Counted from the first letter of the stretch, positions 16,819-27,951 are shown. The stretch: DNA of 64,000 bases from an uncultured Actinomycetota bacterium (GCA_963718235.1 CAVQYR010000002.1:160001-224000); one strand, 5' to 3'. The notes: generated by a model from the sequence alone, not told the origin. A program made the numbers and translations.

Positions 16819-19806
16819 TCAGCCGATCGACACCAGGGTGAACCCGACCAGCTCACCGCCACGGCTGTACCCGACCCACCCGAGATACGGGGCGTCGGCG
16901 TCGAGCCCGGACCAGGCGAAGGTCAGGTCGACCGGTGACGCGAGCGTCACCGACGCCGAGGACGGGGTCACCGTGAGGTTGCCCTCGTCGCTGTCACCCA
17001 CGACGAACGTGGCGATGTCGAACGTGGTCGACGCCGCCGCGCCGGCCGCAGCGAACCCGTGGACGTACGCGGTGTAGTCACCCGCAGGGATCCCTGGGAG
17101 CGTCACCACCTCGTCGCCGGAACCGGTTGCCGACAGACCGACCAGGTTCCCGTCGGCGTCGTACACCCACAGGTCGAGGTCATCGGCATCGTTCGCGCCG
17201 TCGACCGCCACCCGCAGTGCCGTACTGCCGGCCGGAACCGTGATCGGGTAGGCCTTCACTGCCGGCCCGGACTGCGGGTCCGCAGGGTCGAAGGCGTTCG
17301 GGTCGATGTTCACCGAGCCCGACTGGACGTCGCCCTTGGCCAGACCGTAGACCGTGCTGTCCAAGGTGCCGGTGAACCCTGGTGTGACCGAGACGTCGGT
17401 CGAGCCAGAGGTTCCCGTGCCGACGACCTCGGACGGGGCGGAGACCCCGGTCGGCTGCACGGCCACCGGGCTGCGCACCCGGTAGCCGTTGCCCACCCAG
17501 CTGATCTTGCCGGTGCTGTAGGTGTCCAGAGGTGCCGTCGTCGTGGTGAAGGTCACCGTGAACCTCGCCGACCGGCCGGCCGGAACGGTCAGGCTGCTCG
17601 GTGAGACCTTGACCTTGACCCCGGGCAGTCCCTTGACGGACGCCGAGACCTTGAGAGTCCGGTCCGACACGTTCAGCACCCTTCGGGTGATGGTCTGCCG
17701 CCCCGCCAGGGCGCCGATCGCGATCGACGCCTGGTTCAGGTCGGAGCCATCGATGCCCTTGATGCCGTCGATGTCGATGCCCTGGTTGCCCTCGAGGAAC
17801 CGCAGCCAGCCCTTGAGCCCAGTGTTGTAGACCAGGCCCGGGTCGACCGCCGTGTTCGGCCGAACCAGCCCGGCGCCCTGCTCGAACGGGCTGGTCGTGC
17901 CCTTGGTATTGCGAGCACTGGTCTGGAGGGCCGACTTGATCGCAGCGGTCGACCAGTCAGGATGGGCCTGCCTCATCAGCGCCGCGATCCCGGCGATGTG
18001 CGGTGACGCCATCGAGGTGCCCGACAACATGTCGAAGTCGCGCCCGTAGTCGGTCACCGGCGAGATGCCGGCCAGAACATTGACGCCGGGAGCTGCGATG
18101 TCGGGCTTGAGGACGTCCCCACCAGTGGTCAGCGACGGACCCCGGGAGGAGAACTCGGCGATCTGGGGGATCACCGTGGTCGACTCGCCGGCCTTCAGGG
18201 GCGAGATGGCCACCGTCGGGCTCGGGTCCGTGGCCACGTACTCCTTCAGGGCGGCACCGTCGATGTCGTCGAGGTGGACCGTCGGCACGAAGTGCAGGTC
18301 GGCCTCCAGGGAGTTCGGACCGATGTTGACGAGCACCATGCCCACACCGTCTGCGGCGGCGACCTCAGCGCTCTTGTCGATCCGGGCGTTGACCCCTCGG
18401 TCGCAGACGACGACCTTGCCGGCCGCCTTGTACGGCGCCAGGGTCCCGGCGAAGCACAGCGCCGCCTCGGCCGGGTCGGCGCCCGGCTTGGCGATGTCCG
18501 CGGCCAGGACGGCCGGGGTGGCGGGCAGCGATCCGGTGGACGACGCTCCCACGTAGCGGGTGCCGTCACCCAGGACTGCCGCCTGCTCGCTGATCTTGTA
18601 GGTCGACGCTGCCGTCGAGGTCAGCCACGGGCTGACATGGTCGGTGGTGCTCGCGTCGGGACCCTCGTTGCCGGCAGACGCAGCGACGAACACCCCGGCG
18701 TCGGCGGCGAACAGGAACGCGACCTCCTCGGGACCGAGCACCGAGCCCTCGCTGCCGGAGCCGATCGAGAAGTTGATCACGTCGACACCGTCGGCCACGG
18801 CCTGGTCGATCGCCGCGGTCAGGTCGGTGCTGTTGCCGCTGTTCGTCCCGGTCGCATCGGTCCACAGGGCCTTGTAGGCCGCGAGGTACGCGCCGGGGGC
18901 CATGCCACTGATCGTTCCGTAGTCGGTGCCGTCGACGATCGCCTGGGTCCGGTGCCCTGCGGCCGTGGTCCCCGTGTGCGTGCCGTGACCGTCGTAGTCG
19001 CGCGGGGAGAGGAACTCCTCGGGAAGCAGGTTCTCCTCACCGAAGCCCTCGACGAAGTAGCGGGCGCCGATCAGCTTGCGGTTGCAGTCGCTGGCGGTGA
19101 AGTCCTCGCCGGTCTGGCAGATGCCGGTCCAGCCGGGGACAGGAGCCTTGAGCTTGGCCGCCTTCACGCCGGGGTTCTCCGGCCAGATACCGGTGTCGAT
19201 CACTCCGACGACGACGCCCTTACCGGCACCTCGGCGGCCCGCGCCGCCCAGCTGGTCCCACAGACCTCCGGGAGCGGACAGCCCGAGGTAGCCGGGGGAG
19301 ACGTTGGTGTCGACGGTGCGCTTCTGGTCCTCGAACAGCTTCACCACGTCTGGCTGCTTGGCCAGTGCGGTGGCCTCCGCGGCGCTGAGGTCGACGGCCA
19401 CGCCGTTGAACGCGGTCGTGTAGTTGTACAGGGCGCTGCGCGGGTTGACCCCGACCCGGGTCAGGGCCTGGGCGTGCGTCGCGCGCAGATGGCTGCGGTA
19501 GGCGACGACGGCCGCACTACGGGTGGCCAGGTGCTGTCCGGGCCTCACCTTGGTGGCGGGGAGTCCCTTGATGCCGCCTCGGTAGGCGACTGCGGGCATC
19601 CCGCGGAACATGACGATGTAGCGGCCTGCTGAGTACTGCTCACCAGAGTCGGTGGCGGTCTTCAGGAGGGCGCGGTCAGGACCGGGCCGAGACGCGGCGA
19701 ACGCGGTCCCGGAGGCACCTGCTGCGGTGAGGGCGAGAGCTGCCGAGGTGGCCACAGCCAGAACGGCTGCCTTCCCCCGGAGTCCGCGGTGCGATCGACG
19801 AAGCAC
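16819..19806 (-). CDS. S8 subtilisin-like serine peptidase (I9 propeptide, PA and Fn3-like domains)
   Basis: VGVIDTG, HGTHTGTTAAG, GTSMASPH catalytic triad; KPDIAAPG; RBS AAGGAAGG before GTG 19806. Confidence 0.95.
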   Translation of the reverse strand: MLRRSHRGLRGKAAVLAVATSAALALTAAGASGTAFAASRPGPDRALLKTATDSGEQYSAGRYIVMFRGMPAVAYRGGIKGLPATKVRPGQHLATRSAAVVAYRSHLRATHAQALTRVGVNPRSALYNYTTAFNGVAVDLSAAEATALAKQPDVVKLFEDQKRTVDTNVSPGYLGLSAPGGLWDQLGGAGRRGAGKGVVVGVIDTGIWPENPGVKAAKLKAPVPGWTGICQTGEDFTASDCNRKLIGARYFVEGFGEENLLPEEFLSPRDYDGHGTHTGTTAAGHRTQAIVDGTDYGTISGMAPGAYLAAYKALWTDATGTNSGNSTDLTAAIDQAVADGVDVINFSIGSGSEGSVLGPEEVAFLFAADAGVFVAASAGNEGPDASTTDHVSPWLTSTAASTYKISEQAAVLGDGTRYVGASSTGSLPATPAVLAADIAKPGADPAEAALCFAGTLAPYKAAGKVVVCDRGVNARIDKSAEVAAADGVGMVLVNIGPNSLEADLHFVPTVHLDDIDGAALKEYVATDPSPTVAISPLKAGESTTVIPQIAEFSSRGPSLTTGGDVLKPDIAAPGVNVLAGISPVTDYGRDFDMLSGTSMASPHIAGIAALMRQAHPDWSTAAIKSALQTSARNTKGTTSPFEQGAGLVRPNTAVDPGLVYNTGLKGWLRFLEGNQGIDIDGIKGIDGSDLNQASIAIGALAGRQTITRRVLNVSDRTLKVSASVKGLPGVKVKVSPSSLTVPAGRSARFTVTFTTTTAPLDTYSTGKISWVGNGYRVRSPVAVQPTGVSAPSEVVGTGTSGSTDVSVTPGFTGTLDSTVYGLAKGDVQSGSVNIDPNAFDPADPQSGPAVKAYPITVPAGSTALRVAVDGANDADDLDLWVYDADGNLVGLSATGSGDEVVTLPGIPAGDYTAYVHGFAAAGAAASTTFDIATFVVGDSDEGNLTVTPSSASVTLASPVDLTFAWSGLDADAPYLGWVGYSRGGELVGFTLVSIG

Positions 19807-19989
19807 GCGGTTCCTTCCTTTGGCGCCGGGTCGGCACCGTTTCGGACAGATGGACGCCTGCGGGTCGACGCAGGCCGAGACCACCGTGGTGGGGCGGTGT
19901 CACGACGTCAAGAGGTCGTGCTCGAATCGTTCCCTGGTACCACCGATCGAGCGACCGAAGTCACCCAGGCCGCATGGACGGCTACCGTC

Positions 19990-20049
19990 CGGCACAGCGA
20001 GCGGCACAGCGAGCGGCACGTCGACCGGCACATCGACCGGCAAGAGCGG
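19990..20049. repeat. Degenerate 12-bp tandem repeat x5
   Basis: CGGCACAGCGAG x2, CGGCACGTCGAC, CGGCACATCGAC, CGGCAAGAGCGG. Confidence 0.8.
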
Positions 20050-20065
20050 GCGAGACCGAAGCCGG

Positions 20066-20359
20066 TCAGCCCTCGTCGGTGCTCGCGATGACGACGTCGC
20101 CCTCGGCGTCCATGGCGGCCACGGTCTCCGACAGGACGGCGGAGTTGCCCTCCTCGTCGACCAGGCTCACGGTCTCGTCGACGAACACCGAGCCGTCGGC
20201 ACCCTCGACGACCACCAGGTCGTCGACCGCGGTCAGGCCAGACTCCTCGTCGGTGACCGCCGTCACGGTCTCGCTGACGATGTCGCCGTCCTCGGTCACC
20301 TCGGTCACCGAGGCCTCGACCTCGTCCAGTCCGCCGGACGATCCAGTCGCGTCGCTCAC
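20066..20359 (-). CDS. Small hyper-acidic hypothetical protein
   Basis: RBS GGAGA before GTG, GC-rich third codon positions; 27 D/E in 97 aa, no K/R/H. Confidence 0.75.
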   Translation of the reverse strand: MSDATGSSGGLDEVEASVTEVTEDGDIVSETVTAVTDEESGLTAVDDLVVVEGADGSVFVDETVSLVDEEGNSAVLSETVAAMDAEGDVVIASTDEG

Positions 20360-20444
20360 TGTGCTTCTCCGTCTCTGCTGCCGCGGCCGACCCGCGGTGG
20401 TCGTCGCACCCTAGCCGCGAACGGTCGGTGGCGCCTACCGCCGT

Positions 20445-21288
20445 TCAGCCGTCGCCGCGCCGCTGCCAACGGAAGGTGGTGAGGCACAGGACGAGACCGA
20501 TCACCGTCCACAGCGCGAGCATGGCGGCGACGGTGGGGAGCTCCCAGGCCCCAGCCGGCTCCTGGGAGGCGAACGACCCCGGCAGGAACACCGAGCGCAT
20601 GCCCTGGGTCATCCACTTGAGCGGGAACAGCGAGGCCATGGTCTGCATCCAGTCGGGGAGCTCGCGGAACACGAAGAACACCCCCGAGGTGAACTGCAGC
20701 ACCAGAATCACCGGGGTCACCCAGGCCGAAGCGGAACGCCCTGACTTCGGCAGGCTCGAGAAAGCGATCCCGAGCAAGGTGCACAGGGCCAGCCCGAAGA
20801 TGCTCACCCAGCCGAACGTGACCCACTGCCAGGTCGTGTCCGGCAGCGTGACGTCGAAGAGGACCACACCGATGAGCAGCAGCAGCACGACCTGCGCGAC
20901 GTAGACGACGCACACCACCCCGAGCTTGCCGAGGAAGTACGACGCCTTGGGCATGGGGGTGCCCTGCAGGCGTTTCAGGGTTCCGTCGTCACGCTCCATC
21001 GGAATCGCGATCGCCAGCTGCTGGAACGAGCTGTACACCAGCCCCGACGCGATCATCCCGGCCAGGAAGTACTGCGAGAACGTGACACCGAGGCCGGGTG
21101 CGATCTCGCGGCTGAACACCGATCCGAAGATGATCATGAGCAGCATGGGCAGCGAGAAGGTGAACACCACCGACTCCCGCTCGCGGAAGAACTGCTTGAG
21201 CTCGATCCGGAACCGTTGCCACCCGATGGACAGGGTCGAGGGCCGCGGGACCGGCCGACCGTGACCGGCGGGCGCGGGCGGCCGTCAT
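20445..21288 (-). CDS. ABC-2 transporter permease (probable 1-bp indel near the 5' end)
   Basis: ELKQFFRERESVVFTF, ERDDGTLKRL.GTP, FTSGVFF..LPDW; ATG 21288 overlaps the ATPase stop but is out of frame. Confidence 0.88.
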
Positions 21289-22160
21289 GAGCCCGAGCTC
21301 TCGACGACAGCGTCGTCGGTGTGGGTGGAGACCAGCGCGAGGTAGACGTCCTCCAGGCTGGGTCGTCGTACGGTCAGCTCGGGGATCTCCCCGGTGAACT
21401 GGGCGGCGAGCTGTCGGATCAGCCGGGTCGGCTCGCCCGTGGTCTCGGTGTGCGGGCCGTCGGCAGCGACCCAGGTGACGACGGCGTCGGCCGACTCCCT
21501 GCCGCCCAGCGTCGAGGGGGCGCCTTCGGCGACGATGCGTCCATCGGCGATGACGGCCACCCGGTCGGCCAGACGCTCTGCCTCGTCGAGGTAGTGCGTC
21601 GTCAGCAGGATCGTGCTGCCATCGGCCCGCAGCCGGTCGACCAGGGTCCAGAAGTCACGGCGGGCCTCCGGGTCGAAGCCGGTCGTGGGCTCGTCGAGGA
21701 ACAACAGCTCGGGGCGGCCGATGATCCCCAGGGCGACGTCGAGCCGCCTGCGCTGACCGCCCGACAGGTTGCGGGCCCGGGTGTCGCGCTTGTCGCCCAG
21801 CCCGACCGAGTCGATCACGTCGTCGGGGTCACGCGGTTGGGCGTAGTAGTGCGCGAAGTGGTCGACGACCTCGTGGACGGTGAGGTCGGCGTTGTCGGTG
21901 GCGGTCTGCAGCACGATGCCGATCCGGCTGCGCCAGCTGCTGGTCGGGTGCGCGGGGTCGTGGCCCAGGACGCTGACCTCACCCGCGTCGCGCGAGCGGT
22001 AGCCCTCGAGGATCTCCACGGTCGTGGTCTTCCCGGCCCCGTTGGGCCCGAGCATCGCCACGCACTCGCCCCGACCGACGTCCAGGTCGATGCCGTCGAC
22101 GGCTGCGCGACCGCCGTAGGACTTGACCAGACCGCGCACCGAAACCACTGCTTGGGTCAC
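21285..22160 (-). CDS. ABC transporter ATP-binding protein
   Basis: GPNGAGKTT, LSGGQ, LDEPTTG, LTTH. Confidence 0.95.
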   Translation of the reverse strand: MTQAVVSVRGLVKSYGGRAAVDGIDLDVGRGECVAMLGPNGAGKTTTVEILEGYRSRDAGEVSVLGHDPAHPTSSWRSRIGIVLQTATDNADLTVHEVVDHFAHYYAQPRDPDDVIDSVGLGDKRDTRARNLSGGQRRRLDVALGIIGRPELLFLDEPTTGFDPEARRDFWTLVDRLRADGSTILLTTHYLDEAERLADRVAVIADGRIVAEGAPSTLGGRESADAVVTWVAADGPHTETTGEPTRLIRQLAAQFTGEIPELTVRRPSLEDVYLALVSTHTDDAVVESSGS

Positions 22161-22396
22161 GAGTGGGAGCCTAGTGAAGCAGCACCGGCTGAGCGGCGTG
22201 CCCGGCACTCAGCCGAGGGGAGAGCCGACGCCCGCTCGGTCATTCGGGTGACTTCACGGGGCGTGGTCCGGGGAGGCCCGCCGATGGCAGATAATGGGCT
22301 CAGTCATGCGTGCTCGGGGCACGTGCTCGTGGGGGACCGCACCGTGCTCGTCGGCCGCCTGCGAAGTGGAACAGCAGACGCAAGGTGAGGGGACCG

Positions 22397-23355
22397 ATGA
22401 ACAGAAAGACCCTGGTGGCCGGGCTCGTGGCGCGAGCCTCCTGGCGGCGGGCCTGGCCGGAGGTGTGGGCACCGCATCGGCGGCGACGAGCTCGGTGCTC
22501 ACCGTGACGCCGGTGGAGCCGAAGGTTGCCGAAGTCTGCTGGACGGAGTACACGCCCGATCAGGTGGCACCGTGACGGGCTACAGACTCATCTCCTCGGC
22601 CATCAGCGGCGGCGGAATCGGCATCCCGGCCGACCAGCTGTGCGTCCATCTCGACCAATTGCTGTCGGGCAAGCCGTATGCCTACGACCTCGAGGCGGAG
22701 GTCGATGGCGTGGGCTTACGTGAAGGCCGCCGAGACGCTCGAATGCTCGAGCCTTACGTGCTCACGGCGGCCGTGCGTCCGGTCGTGAACTGCTGCTCGC
22801 GTGACCGTCTCGGGAACGCTGAAGAGCAACAACAAGGGTGATCGGTGGCGCCACCATCATCATCCAGAAGCGCGGCACGTCGAGCTGACCCGTGGGTCCA
22901 AGCGGCCACGGTGAGCACGAACGCGAAGGGCAACTACACCAAGGCGATCCGGATCAACCGGAACACGAAGCTGCGTACCTACTTCAAGGGGCTCGTCGGC
23001 GGGCCGCAGACGCTGGGCGCGTGGAACTCCGACAACCCGGTCGACGTCCGGCCGGTGTTCACGCTGGGCTTCTCCAAGAACCCGGCTCGACGCGGTCAGA
23101 ACGTCCGTGCCTCCGGTGCGGTCAAGGCGGGGTCGGTGGCCGTGCTCGCCGGCGACCCGATCTGCATCCAGCAGCAGAGGGGTCGCGGCTGGAAGTCGCG
23201 TGCAAGTGCGTACCGATCTCGGCCAAGGGCCGGTTCTCCGCCCCGGTGACCGCCGACAAGACCGGCAAGGACCTCAAGTACCGCTGGCGGGCTACTCGGT
23301 GGCCCCGGAGTACGTGGCCGGCAACAGCCGCACGGTGGTGCTCAGGGTGCGCTGA
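22397..23355 (+). pseudogene. Secreted hypothetical protein with Ig-like C-terminal domains, multiply frameshifted
   Basis: RBS GAGGGGA + MNRKTLVAGL signal peptide; TNAKGNY.., GRF..PV, YRW, SRTVVLRVR* across several frames; stem-loop follows. Confidence 0.6.
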
Positions 23356-23369
23356 GCAAGACCGACTCC

Positions 23370-23410
23370 GACGAGGCCGCCCAGGAGCTCCGGCTCGGGG
23401 CGGCCTCGTC
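23370..23410 (+). terminator. Stem-loop terminator
   Basis: GACGAGGCCGCCC / GGGCGGCCTCGTC. Confidence 0.7.
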
Positions 23411-23566
23411 GTCCGTGGCCCACGGGTGCGCCATCGAGAGTGACTAGGCCAATTGGGCGGTAAGAGACTAGTCCAATAGGAGTGATGCGCGGGTCCCCCG
23501 GGTCAAGTGGCCTGCGGCCCAGGGACGAGCCAACGATCGGCCATCCGCCGACTGTTGGGAGCCACT

Positions 23567-25171
23567 ATGCAACGCCCGTCCCGTACCCGTGTAGGCCTTG
23601 TCCTGTCCGTCGCCGCCGGTTTGGCGGCCTCCAGCTTCGCCTTCGGCAGCCTCACGTCGACGTCCTCGCTGGCCGACGGGCCGGTGGACCGCAGCGTCCA
23701 GTTCGTGGCCGAGCAGGACGCATTCGGGTCCTCGGGCAGCCCAAACCTGCGACGCGCAGCAATGGACCGGTTGGTGGCGCGCAACGCGGGTGGCGTACGA
23801 AAGGTCAGCTACCTGAAGTTCACGGTGACCAGTGAGGCCCTGGGTGCGCGGAGAGGTCGTTGGGGCCAAGCTGCTGGTCTCCCCGCGCGAGTCGATGAGC
23901 GTCCCCATCCAGCTTCGGAGGGTCAGCCGCAACGACTGGTCTGAGCAGACCCTCACCTACAACAACGCCCCCGCCGTGGGCGCGGTGCTCGGCCAGGTGA
24001 GCCCGGGACCGGCCACTACGCGGTGGATCGACGTCAGCCGGGTCGTCACTTCGCCGGGCACCTACTCCTTCGCCCTCACCGCCGAGCGCGGCATCGGCCG
24101 GTTCTCCTCGACGGAGGGCCACCGGCCGCCGACCTTGATCGTGCGGGTCAAGCGGCCGGGGTCGAGCACCAGCACGCCCACGCCGACCACGCCGGAGCCG
24201 ACTCCGACCGTCTCGGACACTCCCACACCAACGACGCCGGAGCCGACTCCGACCGTGTCCGACACCCCCACCCCGACCTCGATCCAAGACCCCCACCCCG
24301 GATCCGACCGACCAGCCCGGCGGGTGTCGTACCCGCTTCCCGGGTGACCCCTGCGCCGGCACGATGTACTACGGAGCCTCGGTCGCAGGGCGGGGACCCG
24401 CGCACCCTGGAGTCCCAGATCGGGACGGGGATCACCCTGTACCGGTCCTACATGCAGCGCCACCACCCCGGCGTCGAAGTTTGCATCCAGGGCCGCTGAC
24501 GGACGTGGCCGCCGGGCGGATCCCGATGATCTCGACCAAGGTCCCCGGTACGTGGGCCGACGTGGCTGCCGGCCGTCAGGACGCCTGGCTGACTGGAGCG
24601 GGTCAAGGCCCTGGCCGCCGTCGAACGGACCGGTGTGGCTCGCCCTGCACCACGAACCCCGCGGTGACGGCGACCCTGCAGACTGGGTCGCGATGCAGCA
24701 GCACGCCCGCACGCGTCATCGACCAGTACGCCAAGAACATCGCGCTTGGTGGGGATCCTGAACGGATGGGACTTCCAGATGCGCGGCGGCATCCCTGAGG
24801 CCTATCGAATGCCGGTGGGCACGGGCGTGGACATCATGGGCTTCGACACCTACAACCCATGGTCTCCGACGAATGGGGATCCCTGGAAGTCGGTCCAGGA
24901 CACTCTCGCGCCTGGGCTAGCGATCCAGGCCTGGGGCTACCCCACGATGGTCGGCGGAGTACGGGGTCCGTGAGGACTCGAGCAACCCTGGCCGGGCGGC
25001 TCAGTGGATGGCGGATCCTACGACTACGCACTCGCGCATGGCTTCCTGGGAGTCTCCTACTTCGACTCAGGGCTCAACTCGCCAGACGGCACGTGGGAGC
25101 TCACCGGGGAGAGGCTCGCCCAGTTCGCAAGGAATGCGGGCCGCCCGGAGACGGCGCACTTCACCCGCTGA
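23567..25171 (+). pseudogene. Secreted CBM96/DNRLRE-like domain + Pro/Thr linker + GH26-like TIM barrel (copy 1; frameshifted)
   Basis: RKVSYLKF, WSEQTLTYNNAP, FSSTEG..PTL; VWLALHHEP; GVDIMGFDTYN. Confidence 0.7.
24173..24280 (+). repeat. 45-bp coding repeat (TPTPTTPEPTPTVSD x2+)
   Basis: Translation TPTPTTPEPTPTVSDTPTPTTPEPTPTVSDTPTPT. Confidence 0.8.
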
Positions 25172-25408
25172 CAGCATCGCCCGCTCCGAGTCCGCCCAGT
25201 CGGCGACTCGGGCGGAGTCGCCGATTGGTGCAATCGGCTGACGCCCGGACCAACTGGTCCGGGCGTCCGGCCGCCCCAGGTATCGTCACAGGTACGTGGC
25301 CAAGGTCGGCCTGAGGCGAGGGGCCCGTAGACGGCCCCTGGGGGAGGAACTCGGCGGTTATGGGTATCCGGAGCGACGTGCTCTGACTGCGATCACGGGG
25401 CGATCCGG

Positions 25409-26931
25409 ATGAGTCGGGCTTCTCGCGTTGGAGGCCGCGGGCCGCGGCCAACGAGCGTCGGAGCTGGGGGTCATCAGTCTGGATCCGCGCGTCTCGTCAT
25501 CGTGACCTGCCTGGGGCTTGGTCTGCGGTACGGGCTACGCTGTACTACCGGTCGACCGCACCCGACGTTCCAGGCCACGGCGACTGTTCTGGTGATTCCG
25601 ACGTCCACGGGGTTGGATCGCGTCGGTTGCGGGCGGTCCCGAGCGTCGAGCGAGATCAACATGGACACCGAGGCCGAGATCGGCTCGGTCGGCGTCCATC
25701 GCTTCGTCGGCGTCATCGATCGACGGGAGGGGACCTGTCCGCTGATGACCTTCAGGCCAACGGCCGAGGTCACCGTCCCCACGAACAGCCAGGTCCTGGA
25801 GTTCACCGTTCAAGCCCCGACCGCGCGAACTGGCGAGCGACGGAGCGAACGCCCTGGCCGAGGCCTACCTGGCGCGTCGATCGGATGTGGCCGACTGGGG
25901 ACATCGACGGGCGCCAAGGCACGCATCTGACGAACTGCTGGAGGACAGCCAACGGCGAACTGGTGGAGCTCAGGAGCCAGGCCGACAGGCGGGTCCGCGG
26001 GCCAGCTCACCGACGACAAGATCGAGCTGGTGAAGGACGACATCTCCAACTTGCAGCAAGCAGCGTGCTGCCCTCGACCTCGGGACCACGGAGGGAGGAC
26101 AAGTCATCAGCGAGGCGGTCCCGCCCGAACCAGCCGGTGGCGCCCAAGTTGGCGCTCTCGCTGATTGCCGGCCTGGTCGCCGGAGCGCGCCCTTGCTGCG
26201 GCGTTGCTCCTCCTGATCGCGCTCCGCAGGCAGGCCCCTGAGCAACCGCTCGGCTCGCTGGCCACCGCGAAGTCAAGGTGCTGGCCTCGATCGGCGTCCA
26301 GCCGTCAGACGCCGGTCCCGGGCTCGACGAGGCGCGATCTGCGACGGACCTGTCGTGAGATCGCTTCCCTTCCCGGTGACCCCGGGCCGATCGCCCTGGT
26401 CGGCGGGCGCGACCCGGTGACCGGCACCCGGGTCGCCCTCCAGCTCGGGCGGGCCTGGGCGTCGGAGTTCGGCGAGAGCGTCGTCGTTGCAACAGACCGC
26501 GCCGCCAGGGACATCCTGCCGGCGGAGACCCGCGCATCGGCCGGGGGTCGTCGACCTCCTCCTCGACGGCGTGTCGCCGAACGAGTGCGCGACCCGGCTG
26601 CCGAGCTCCACCGCGATCGTCGTTGGCCCCGGGACCCGGCACGAGGTCCCCGACACGGTGCGACGCGCATCACCTGACGGGCGTGTGGGATGCCCTCGAC
26701 CACGAGTTCGGCGCGGTACTGGCCTCAGCGACTGAGTACAACAGTCCGCTGGGCGCCATGACCATCCAGACAGCGGGCCGCGTCATCGGGGTCGTGCAGG
26801 CCGACCACATGCGCGACCGCGACCTGCACACGATCTTCGACGCGCTCGACTCGCTCGCGGCCACCGAGACGACTGGTCGGAGTCATCGTCGTCGACGACC
26901 GGGGGCCCGGCGAGCCGCTCCCCGCGAGTGA
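25409..26931 (+). pseudogene. Wzz/Wzc-like chain-length determinant, heavily frameshifted (end approximate)
   Basis: PTFQATATVLV, EINMDTEAE, VTVPTNSQVLEFT, ANALAEAYL, P.QPVAPK + TM. Confidence 0.6.
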
Positions 26932-27015
26932 ACCGTCCCAACCCCTCCGGGTCACCAGCGATGTCGAGGCATCGACCCACGACCACCCTCTGGCCACTGG
27001 GCTCGGGAGCCGATC

Positions 27016-27951
27016 ATGACGCAGTCGAACAGCACGCTTCCCGGTGTCTCCGTCGTCATCCCGACCCGCGGACGACGTGAGCTCGTGCGCAAGGCGGTCG
27101 AGGCAGTGGTCGCGCAGCGTTACGACGGCGAGATCCAGTGCATCGTCGTGCACGACCAGGAGGAGCCCGACCACACGCTGGAGGAGCTCAGTCGAGACGG
27201 CCGTACCGTCCAGGTCACCTTCAACACCGGTCAGACCGGGCTTGCCGGTTCCAGGAACTTCGGTCTCGAGCTGGTCGAGCACGACATCATCGCCTCGTGT
27301 GACGACGACGACTGGTGGGAGTCGGACAAGGTCCGGATGCAGGTTGCACGGCTGACCCTCCACCCGGAACTCTTGGTCGTCGGCGCCGGGATTCGCCTGC
27401 TCATGGCCGAGGACCGAGTCGTGGAGTGGCTGGGATCGTCCGACCTCGTCACCCAGGAGGACCTCTTCCGGTCACGTCGCAAGGAGCTCCACTCCTCGAC
27501 GCTGATGATGCGACGGGCCGCCTTCGACCTGGCCGGAACGTACGACGAGAAGCTGCCCCAGGCCTACGCGGAGGACTACGAGTGGCTGCTGCGGGCCAGC
27601 CAGCATGGGCCGATCGGTGTCGTTCGGGCACCACTGGCCAACATCAAGAAGGACGGCCAGTCGTGGTTCCGCGAGCGGTCGGAGGTGATCGCCGAGGCCC
27701 TGGAGTACCTGCTGGCCCAGCACCCCGAGATCACCCGGTCCCGACGAGGTCATGCACGCATCCTCGGACAGATCGCGTTCGCCCGGGCCAACCTGGGTGA
27801 GCGGGCTGAGGCACTGTCGCTGATCAAGCAGTCGCTCGTGCTCTGGCCCCTGGCACCGCAGGCTGGTCTGGCCCTGTTCCAGGTGACCTTCCACACCGAT
27901 CCAAGGGTTCTCCTGCGAGGCGCAAGGGTGGTGGGTCGTGGCCTCTCGTGA
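27016..27951 (+). CDS. Glycosyltransferase family 2
   Basis: VSVVIPT, GLAGSRN.G, SCDDDD, EDYEW. Confidence 0.92.
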   Translation: MTQSNSTLPGVSVVIPTRGRRELVRKAVEAVVAQRYDGEIQCIVVHDQEEPDHTLEELSRDGRTVQVTFNTGQTGLAGSRNFGLELVEHDIIASCDDDDWWESDKVRMQVARLTLHPELLVVGAGIRLLMAEDRVVEWLGSSDLVTQEDLFRSRRKELHSSTLMMRRAAFDLAGTYDEKLPQAYAEDYEWLLRASQHGPIGVVRAPLANIKKDGQSWFRERSEVIAEALEYLLAQHPEITRSRRGHARILGQIAFARANLGERAEALSLIKQSLVLWPLAPQAGLALFQVTFHTDPRVLLRGARVVGRGLS

